Assembly: GCF_009914755.1 (NCBI RefSeq)
Contig: NC_060943.1
Length of the DNA stretch: 64,000 nt
Reading direction: 5' to 3' (one strand)
Source of the DNA: the human T2T-CHM13v2.0 reference genome, Homo sapiens
The notes under the pieces were generated by a model that was not told where the DNA came from, made no database searches, and saw only the letters and a list, made by a program, of their open reading frames with translations. Position 1 is the first letter of the stretch, and every line of letters starts with the position of its first letter. The translations under genes were made by a program, and so were the position numbers. This document shows, in pieces, positions 54,551-64,000 of the stretch.

Positions 54551-55357
54551 AGTCAGTTCAAATTTAAACTCAGCCCATTCCGATGTCTCCTCTCTGTCCT
54601 CCAACCATATGGGTGGAGGAAGACAAAGCAGTTTTGAGCTTTGGTCAGCCTCTGTTCATGCACATCTGCTGAGCTGAGCATGGGTCTTTTCTGTTCTTTG
54701 CTGATATCCAGTTCACTAATGGATCAGCAGAGATGTGTATACCTCCCCTATGGTGCCTGACCCCTGGTCCTTGGTGTGCTCTTGAGCACCCACCAGGATC
54801 AGGAGGCCCCACAGGAAGGCCAGCCCACCCCCACCTATTCTGTAAGCGCTTCTTAGGGCTGTGGAAAAGCAGCTGCCCCTCACACCTTTAGGGGATGGCA
54901 GGAGCTGTGAGGCTCCCCTCTGCTGGGATCACCTTGCTCCCAGGCCAGGGTGTGGAGCCACTTGGGGCCTCCCACTTCACAGCTTCTCCTTGGGAACTGA
55001 GACCCAGGGATTCTGTGTTCTCAGACCCCCAAATCTCCCAGGGGGGTCACCTGCTCACAGATACTTAACCGAGGAGAAGGAGATGGATGCCCTGTCCCTT
55101 CCATGTGGCTTTCTCTCAGTTCACCCCCTTTTCTTTGGAGTGAGAAGTGGGCATTGGCACAGCAAATATTCTTTGCTTATTTTTAGGCTAAAATGTTAAC
55201 CTTCGGAAGCTCAAAAGGTTAAAATAAATAATAACTGCATGTGTCTCCCTTTGAATTCCTGCTCTAGGTGTATTCCTTGGGGTAGCGGGGAGTAAAAAGA
55301 CCATGGAAAATGAAGAATAGAAGAGATTGCTAAGACTAGTGGTTTTTTTTTTAAAAG

Positions 55358-55578
55358 AATATCAGTAGAGTGACTCTAGTTAACAATACTCTGTGGCATA
55401 TCTTAAAATAGCTAGACAAGAATAATTCAAATGTTCCCAGCATAAAGAAAAGATAAATATTTAAGGTGATGGATACCCCAATTATCCTGATTTGATCTTT
55501 ACACATTACATGAATGTGTCCAATTATCACACATATCCTGATATTATGGACATCTATTTTATATCAATAAAAATAATA
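55358..55578 (+). mobile_element. L1MA-like terminal 3' fragment
   Basis: gataaatatttaaggtgatggataccccaattatcctgatttgatc..tatcaataaaa. Confidence 0.85.
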
Positions 55579-56015
55579 ATGAAGTGAATGCTTGGCATTA
55601 CTATCCCTCAACAGGGAAATGTTTCTAAGGTCTCGGGGTGAGCAAATAGCAAAATTTGGGCCAGAAGTCAGGGCCCCCACTAGTGAGCCAGAAGTCTGTG
55701 GGCTGTGTCCTGTCTGTAGGAACTTAGACTTCGTCTCCATCTTCCCCCTGGGGAACTCCTCCAGAGAGAGGCATTGCTGACCCTTCAAAGCACCAAAGAT
55801 AACAACAAGTCTTCTTCCCCAAGCAGGTATTCCAGGTGAGTCCGGGGTGTAGAAGACTCCCTCGAACAAAGGGTGTCCTCTCCTCCTTAGCTCACACAGG
55901 CTGCCCAGGATGAAGACTCCGTGGGAGTTTGGGACCTCGAATGGGGGCTTGTTTCAGTTCTATTGCATGGTGAGGCAGGCTTCTCATCAGAGACCTTCCC
56001 CCTCCCCCAGCCGGG

Positions 56016-56162
56016 AGACTGACAGGCATCACAATACTGCACGCTGGGCCAGGGGACAGTGAGTGACAGCACTGCTTCGAGGGACGATTAATTCTGCACA
56101 AGGAGGTGTTCTCTCCTGGCTCTGCCACTCACCTACTTTCCAGCACCACCATTGACTGACAG
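56016..56162 (+). promoter_or_regulatory. Cluster of PBX-PKNOX/MEIS decamer motifs
   Basis: TGAGTGACAG 56060-56069, TGACTGACAG 56153-56162, near-match AGACTGACAG 56016-56025. Confidence 0.35.
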
Positions 56163-56564
56163 CGCATGTTACTCCTGACCTCACACATCACTGGGTATAA
56201 TTGCCGGGGGCTCATTATTGTCATTAACGTCTCCTGCATGCACACGGGAGTGCCTTTCACCCCAACTCACGCATCACAATGAAGGCTGCACCTGTGGGGT
56301 GCCAACCACAGGCCTGCAGTCCTGGGCTTGGCAGGGACTTCTGGGGCCAGACTATGGTTGTCCACAGTGGCGGTGTCCGACATTCCAGCAGGTCTGTGAT
56401 GCCTGTCCCACTGCCAGGAGTCTAAGAGCCTCTAGTGCTGAAGAGTTTGAAGAGCCTACCTTTGCAGTGGACCCTTCTTCCAACACACAACCAACCCAGA
56501 GCCGACACACAGCAGCAGCTCCTTAGCCTGTCATAACCTGAAATGTGTATATTCAGAAAACTAA

Positions 56565-56927
<363 letters not shown>

Positions 56928-57321
56928 CCTAACCCTTATTTTTCTAGATGAGAAGATTAAGATCCAGAGAAAGCTCTTAACCAGCTCAAGCTCACCAACA
57001 ATTACTGATGTGGTGAGGCAAAATGTGTTTGTTTGTTTTTTTCCTCCATAAGTGCTTAACCTGGATTTGCGAGTCCCCGGATATATTCACTACACTTAAA
57101 TTTTCAGTGTAGTAATGAAATTTTTGAGTGCTTGCTATGGGCCAGGTACTGTTTCTTTTGTTATTGCTTTTATCGTTTTTTAAAATGTTGTTTTCCAGAA
57201 ATGGCTGTTGAATATTTATTTAGTTGTTGCTGTTTTAAAATGCATACAATTGCCAGACACGATTTTAAGTACTTAACTTTTAAAAAATCATTTCAGTCTC
57301 TAGATAATAATTCGATGTTAA

Positions 57322-57635
57322 GGCCGGGCATGGTGGCTCACTCCTGTAATCTCAGCACTTTAGGAGGCTGAGGTGGGCAGATCATGAGGGCAAGAGATTG
57401 AGACCATCCTGGCTAACACGGTGAAATCCCATCTCTACTAAAAATACAAAAAATTAGCCAAGTGTGGTGGCGGGCGCCTGTAGTCCCAGCTACTCAGGAG
57501 GCTGAAGTAGGAGAATAGCATGAACCAGGGAGGTGGAGCTTGCATTGAGCCAAGATAGCACCACTGCACTCCAGCCTGGGTGACAGAGCAAGACTCTCTC
57601 AAGAAAATAAATAAATAAATAAAAATAAAAATAAA
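57322..57635 (+). mobile_element. AluY-like
   Basis: Y diagnostics ggctaacacgg and ggagcttgca; TSD aataattc(g/t)atgtta. Confidence 0.93.
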
Positions 57636-58762
57636 AATAATTCTATGTTATGCACTATTCTCATTTCATACTATTCATACTAGTTTCCTGCCATGAAGGA
57701 ACTGTTCCTATATTCATCTACATTCTCAAGGATATGTGAAACCCTTGATATGATTTTTGAAGGTGCTACATATCACCTTTTCAAATGCTAACCTGGAAAT
57801 TTTCTGTCTCAAGGAGCTAAAAACTGTTCTCCCCACATTACCCACATTTTCAAATTGAACAACACATTTCTAAATATTCCATGGGTCAAAGAGGAAGATC
57901 TCAATGAAAATTAAAGATTCATAAAATTGCAATATTGTGAGAGAAATTTATAGCAGTAAATGTTTACATTGGAAAAAATGAAAAGTCTCAAATCAACAAT
58001 TGAAGTCCCTATCTCAAGAAAATGAAAAAAAAAGAGCAAAGTAAACACAAAACCAGCAAAAGAAAGTAAAAAAGATCCAAGAAGAAACCAATGAAACTGA
58101 AAACAGAAAAACAGCGAAGAGAAAGCATAAAACAAAACAACTACTTCTTTCAAAAAATTATTTTAATGATCAACCTCTATCAAGACTGACCAAAATAAAA
58201 TGAGCAAGGACACAAAACGTGAATGTCAGAAATAAAATGGGCTATTACTACAGATCCTGCAGCCATTAAAAGGGCAAGAATAGAATACTATGAACAACTT
58301 GACTCTCATAAATTTAGCAACATAGAAGAAATGGACTGATTCTTCAAAAACTGCAAACCACCCAAACTCAATAAAGATGAAATAGATAACCCAATTAGCC
58401 CTATAAACATTAAATAAATTAAATTTTTAATTACAGATCTCTTTTTAAAAAGTTGGTCTCACTAGAAATTTCTACTAAACTTTTAAAGAATAATTAACAA
58501 TTTTACACAGTGTTTTTCAGAAAACAAAAAAGGAGGAAGCACTTCTAAACCCATTTTGATCCCCTAAACCGCACAAATATGGTACAAAATAAGAAAAACT
58601 ATACTCTCTAGCTCTCATGAACTTAGTTGCAAAAATCCTCAACAAAATATTAGCAAATCAATTCACCAACATAAAAAATTAACTAGACAACACAACCAAG
58701 TTAGATTTATTTCAGATATGCAAGATTAATTCAATATTCAAAAATTAATCAATGTAATCCAC

Positions 58763-60022
58763 TGCTATGATTTGGATATGGTTTATTTGTCCCTACCATA
58801 ACTCAAGTTGAAATTTGATCCCAAATGCAGAGGTGTTGGAAGGTGGGTCCTAGTGAGAGGGGTTTGGATCCTGGGGACAGATCCCTCATGAATGGCTTGG
58901 TGCTGTTCTCATGGTAGTGAGTGAGTTCTCTGAGACTGGATTCATTCTCAAGGAAATAGATTAGCTACTGTGAGAGTGGGTTGTTATACAGCCAAGATGC
59001 CCTCAGGCTTTGTCCCTTCACACATTTCCACTTCCTCTTTGACCTTCACCATGTTTTAACCCAGCACAAAAATCCTTACCACAAGTTAAGCAGATCCCAG
59101 TTCCAGACCCTTTAATCTTCCTGGACCAAAACATTTTTAAAAATTATGACTAGGAGAGGAATCTGACATAGTTGACTCCATCTTGCTTCTAACCTCACAA
59201 GCTGTCTTTGCTCATTCCTGGGCATAGGCCAAGCTAACTATGGGAGGAATTTACCTCATAGTTTAAGACAAAGATGATCACAGTCTTTTCCCAAAACTAA
59301 CCCCCTCTTTTCTTGAGGACCAAAAACACATCTTTGTAAAACTAACAAATTGGCCACAAAGTTAGAATTATGGTAGGACCCTAAAGTCTGTTAGGAGGTA
59401 GGTATAGTTAAACTCTAACCAGTCATTGTTTTATAATTTAGCTTTTCATATCTGCTTACTGCTCAGGAGTCATGTGGCCAGAGGACACAAGATTTGTAAC
59501 TTCTCCAGTTGATCCTATATATTACATCACGATTGTAACAGCTAAGATTGGTGTTTAAGATATTTTTCAGACCCTGCATTCTGACAGACCAACTGATGCC
59601 ACCTGGACCAATAACCCACACCAAGAAACTGACTCAACTTGTTTTGTCACTTCCACCCAGGAAATGACTCAATGTAAGAAGACAGCTCCTACCCCCTATT
59701 ATTTCATCTCTGACCCAACCAATCAGTGTTCCCCATTCCTTAGGACCCCTGCCTGACAAATCTTCCTTGAAAGCCCTAGCCTCTGAATTCTCAGGGAGGT
59801 GGATTTGAGAAATCTCTCCCATCCATCCATTCGGCTGCCTTGTGATAATTAAACTTTTTCCCTGCTGCAACACTGCTATCTCAGTGTATTGGCTTTACAC
59901 TGTGAAGCAGGCAAGAAGAATCCTTAAAAAACTCACAGAGCCATGAGCTAAATAAACTTATTGTCTTTATAAATAACCCAGTCTCAGATATTCTCATATA
60001 GCAACACAAAACAACTAAGACA
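58763..60022 (+). mobile_element. MST (B-type) LTR split by LTR8
   Basis: Starts tgctatgatttggatatgg; ends ccagtctcagatattct..aactaagaca; TSD tccac/tacac. Confidence 0.85.
59127..59935 (+). mobile_element. LTR8 (A/B-like) ERV1 solo LTR
   Basis: aaaattatgac..ctgacatagttgactccatcttgcttctaacctc..ttcctgggcataggccaagctaact. Confidence 0.85.
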
Positions 60023-60565
60023 TACACCACATTAACAAGCTAAAAAAGAAAAATCACATGATCCTATGGATTGACACAGATAAAGCATTTGACAAAATTC
60101 AGCTCTCATTGATTAAAAAAATTCAGAAAAAGAGGAAAAGAAGAAAAATCCGTCTACCTTATAAAAAGTATCTACAAAAACCTGTGGCTAACACCATCCT
60201 TATGGTGGAAGATGGAATGCTCTTCTTCTGAAACAGGGAACAAGGGCAAGGGCTTCTCCCTCATCACTCTCACTCAATATAGTATTGGAATTTCCAGCCA
60301 CTGCAACAAGGCAAGAAAAGGCATACAAATTTAAGAGGAAGAAATAAAACTCCCTTTTTGCAAATGATAATTGTCTACACAGAAAATCCCAAGGAATCCA
60401 CAATAATCAAAAGTGGAATTAATAAGTAAGATCTGCAAGGACACAATATAGCAAATCAATCCCATTCCTGCATAATAACAATAAATATGTGTCAACCAAC
60501 ATATAAGGTGAATATAATTTATAATTGTTCCAAAGGAAACAAAATACTGCGGTATAAACTTAAGC

Positions 60566-60744
60566 TCCCTCTATTTCATGTTTTTGCCATGTGACATGCC
60601 TGCTCCTGCTTCACCTTCCATCATGAGCAAAAGGGCCCTGAGGCCTCCCCAGAAGAAAAATAGATGATGGCGCCATACTTGCACAGCCTACAGAACTGTC
60701 AGGCAATTTAACTTCTTTTCGTTATAAATAAAATAAAAATAAAA
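60566..60744 (+). mobile_element. MST LTR fragment ending in an A-rich tail
   Basis: ttgccatgtgacatgcctgctcc..ccctgaggcctccccagaag..cttttcgttataaataaaataaaaataaaa. Confidence 0.8.
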
Positions 60745-62019
60745 CACTAAGCAAAACATGTACAAGATCTGAAAACTACAAAATGTTGATGAAAGAATTC
60801 AAAGAAAGTCTAAATAAATGAGGAGACATGCCATGTTCATGGATTGAAAGTCTAAACACAGCAAAGATGACAATTTTCCCCAAATTGATTTTTTAACTAC
60901 ATAATGGGCAAAATATTTGAGTAGGCACCACACAAAGATAAACGTGTAGAAAATGCTTAATATCATTAGTCATCAGAGAAATGCAAATTAAAACTACAAT
61001 GAGAAGCCACTACACACTTAAAAAAGGTGGCTAAAGTAAAAAAAAAAAATGATGATATCAATTGCCGACAAGGAGCTGGAGTAACTGGAATTCTCATAAA
61101 TTGCTGGTCTAAATATAAAATGACATGATCACTTTGGGAATCGTTTAGCATTAGTTCTAAATTTAAACATATATGTATTACATTACTCAGTAATCCCACT
61201 CCTAGGTATCTCCATATATCTATACATAAACCTTTATGTAAGTGTTTACAGCCATGTTACTTATAATTTCATAAAACTGTAATTAATCCAGATGTTCATC
61301 AATTGGTGAATAGAATCAAATGATAATGCATCTATGCAATGGAATGCTACTCAGCAATGAGAAAAAAAATAAAGAAGCAGATGAATCTCAAGTACATTGT
61401 AGTGGGCATTCCATGTGAAAAAAATCAAGGCACAAGAGCAAGGCACTGTATGATTTCTTTTATGTAAAATTATAGAGAAGGCCAAATTATAACCAACAGA
61501 AAATGAAACAGAGGTTTCCAAGGCTTAGGGCTAGGGAATGGGATTGAATTTGAAGAGGTGCAAGTGGGTGATGGAAATGTTCTATATCATGACTGAGTAG
61601 ATAAATGTATGCGTGACTGTGCACGTCTACCAAAACTCATTGAATTATGCTCTTACGTTTGGTAAATTACATGCATGTAAATTATAACTCATTAAAGCTG
61701 ATATACAATTTAAAATTTGCATAAAATGAAGACAAAGAAATTAAAAAAAAAATCTGTACACTCTTGCACAAGTTGGCCGAGAGAGAATGGTGCACAGAAT
61801 AGGCAAATTGGATAATGGAGGAGAAGGAGATAATTGAAGAGCCTGAGTCACACTGGCCATAGTGGTCCAAAACAAGGTAACAGGTGTGACCCAGCCCAGG
61901 CACTTCACAAATATTTGTTGAGTGGGTGTATGAACAGAATGGCAGAAGTCTGAGAAAGAAAAAAAAAAATAGCCTCTGGCAGCTGGCAGCTGGGAGCTGG
62001 ACTGGTGCTCTTGGCCATG

Positions 62020-62470
62020 GTGGTCTTCTATTAAACATAGACATTTTCAACCAACACCAACATCAGAGGTTGCTCTGTGACCATGATGGAGTGAGACAAA
62101 AACAAGACTCTCTCTAATCATTTCTGAGTACAGACCAAAAGAAAAGCACAGCGCAAACCACATCAAAACCAAACATTCTCTCCTCTCTGCAAATGTGGGT
62201 GAGTGAGGTTCCTTTTTTGATATTTAGCCCCACTTCATTTCTCAGGCTTCCAGCATGCAGATGAAGACACCCTGGCATAGAACTGCCCCCGATTCCTGAC
62301 AGCACTCAAGCCAGAGCACACCTTTGATGTGCTCCCAAATAACCAGCTCCAATATCAACCTAACACAAGTTCAAGCCCTGTAAGATGTCCCCACAACACA
62401 ATCTGCCTCAGTTTCCCACCATTTCCCATGGTGTGCAGGCTACAGGTGGTCTCCGGTGGTCTTAGGCTAG
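62020..62470 (+). mobile_element. MER67-like ERV1 LTR
   Basis: caccaacatcaga..ctctgtgaccatgatgga..agacaaaacaagac..taatcatttctga. Confidence 0.6.
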
Positions 62471-63149
62471 TCATTGTTGGAATCATCAAACCCTATCCAT
62501 GCCTCCTCGGAGCTCTCGTTGCTTGCATGTGTCCTCAGACTATAACATTCATGTGAAAAGTGCCAGGGTGCTGGCAGTACCCACTTACCCACCTACGTAG
62601 ATATCAGCATATGAGGGCTGCAGCATGTTGGACCCAGCAGTGAGCCCAGGTTAATTGGTTCACGTCATTATGTTACAGCTTGGGTGTCACCAGCACCAGC
62701 ATTCTTGGGGGAATCCACAGCTAGGGACAAACATTGGTGGCCTCTCTGCCTCCCAAAGATTGGGGAACAGAGGGGACAGAGCAGTAAATCAATGAACAGG
62801 AGTGCCCCTTGTTGGCCTGATATATACAAGGTTTCTATGAGCTTCTGGGCCAGTGTATTCTAGTAGAAAGATGCCAGATTACCTGTTCAAAATACCAAGG
62901 GTCTATCCCAGCACCAACCTTATGTCTTATATATTTTACACTCCTGGGGAGTCACTCGCATGAAGGGTACCCCTGACACCAACATGTGGGAAGGGGGAGA
63001 GGAGGGGTTGGTCATGCCATTCCTGGACAGAACAGACAGCCGTGAGAATGCGGAAACATCCCCGCTGTTGGCAGGTCCTTCCAGAGTCAAACCTTTCAAA
63101 AGAACACTCAGACATGTTAGAAATTTACCCTCCCTCACTGTGGCTATAT

Positions 63150-63565
63150 GCAAATATTTAGCTATAATGTTTCTTTTAATTCCATAAAAAGAAAGGGAAA
63201 TGATATAAAATGGTACCAACCTCAGTATTCAATGTTGAGAGACTGATTAAATTGATACATTCAGATAATTAAATACTATGCAAATATTTAAAATGACAGA
63301 ATAATATCTGATAGAGGAAGATGTATGTCCATGATCTACTTTTCAGTGAAAAAATATCAGATCATAAAATAATGCATACAATATAATCCTGTTTCATAAA
63401 AATAGTCATATAATATGTGCACATATAATATGTGCACATGAAATAAATGGCTGGAATCAGGTCCACATGGAGAGTGGTTGGAAATGGTAATTTGCATTTT
63501 TTTGTTTATTCTGTGTCTTCAGAAACACATCTACAATGAACTTATATCTTTCATATCAGAAATAA
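63150..63565 (+). mobile_element. Old L1ME-like 3' end
   Basis: aatactatgcaaatatttaaaatga..tgtccatgat..cagtgaaaaaa. Confidence 0.55.
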
Positions 63566-64000
63566 TGAAGGCTTAGGGTTTTGCCTTTGTTATTGGCCTG
63601 TCGTTCAGAGAGTCTACATCACAGGTGAGTTTGAGCAGTGTCAGAAATCTGATATCCAGATGGGAAGAGGCTGCATTTCCGACACTCAGGGCTCCCCACA
63701 GCTGCTGTTTCAGACCCAAATCACTCTTACAGCTCAACCAAAATCCTCCCACTGTCTGAGATTAACGACTCCACCCTTCAAGGCTGAGAGCTGGAGGAAA
63801 GATTGCTAAGAACACTATATGCCAACATGTTTTCAGATACTTGCATTTCTATGTCACCTAAACAAAGCAATGCTTACCAAAAATTCTCAGAATCCCAGAA
63901 GCACAAAGTTGCTAAGGCTGAGCAAGAGTGATGGGACATGGTCACGGTTTACTGGTAGAGCTGGCACTGCTTTCTCCTGTCCCAAGCCCTTCTCCTTGGA

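Larger units (their letters stand above)
57845..61750 (+). mobile_element. Old L1M ORF2 and 3' end, with nested MST/LTR8 and internal deletions
   Basis: 60028-60102 reads HINKLKKKNHMILWIDTDKAFDKIQ (L1 RT: [25 protein letters not shown]); may be more than one element. Confidence 0.85.

Noticed and set aside
63407-63439. 15-bp tandem duplication creating the palindrome atatgtgcacatat
   Set aside because: Ordinary slippage within an old L1 fragment

Overview
This is primate genomic DNA, most likely human or another catarrhine since AluJ, AluS and AluY are all present. It is non-coding (intergenic or deep intronic). I cannot support any protein-coding gene, RNA gene or CRISPR array: the ORFs in the track come from Alus, microsatellites or chance. 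A large share of the window is interspersed repeats: 11 dimeric Alus, 3 Alu monomers, old L1M/L1PB pieces, L2, MIR, MaLR/ERVL/ERV1 LTRs (MLT1, MLT2, THE1, MST, MER21, LTR8, MER67) and hAT DNA transposons (Charlie1, MER5, MER33, MER3), with several multi-level nests. A block of about 7.7 kb (8.8-16.5 kb) has no recognisable transposons and carries TALE/HOX/FOX/POU-type motifs, so it looks like regulatory DNA. The most unusual structures are two short non-tandem duplications in unique DNA (35 bp perfect; 46 bp), a 39-bp duplication around a collapsed MLT2A/HERVL element, a TSD-flanked retroposed insert with no recognisable TE origin, and an apparently L1-processed MST LTR transcript. I did not find a new multi-gene system. 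Repeat family and subfamily names come from my memory of consensus sequences, boundaries of old repeats are approximate, and I could not identify the genomic locus.
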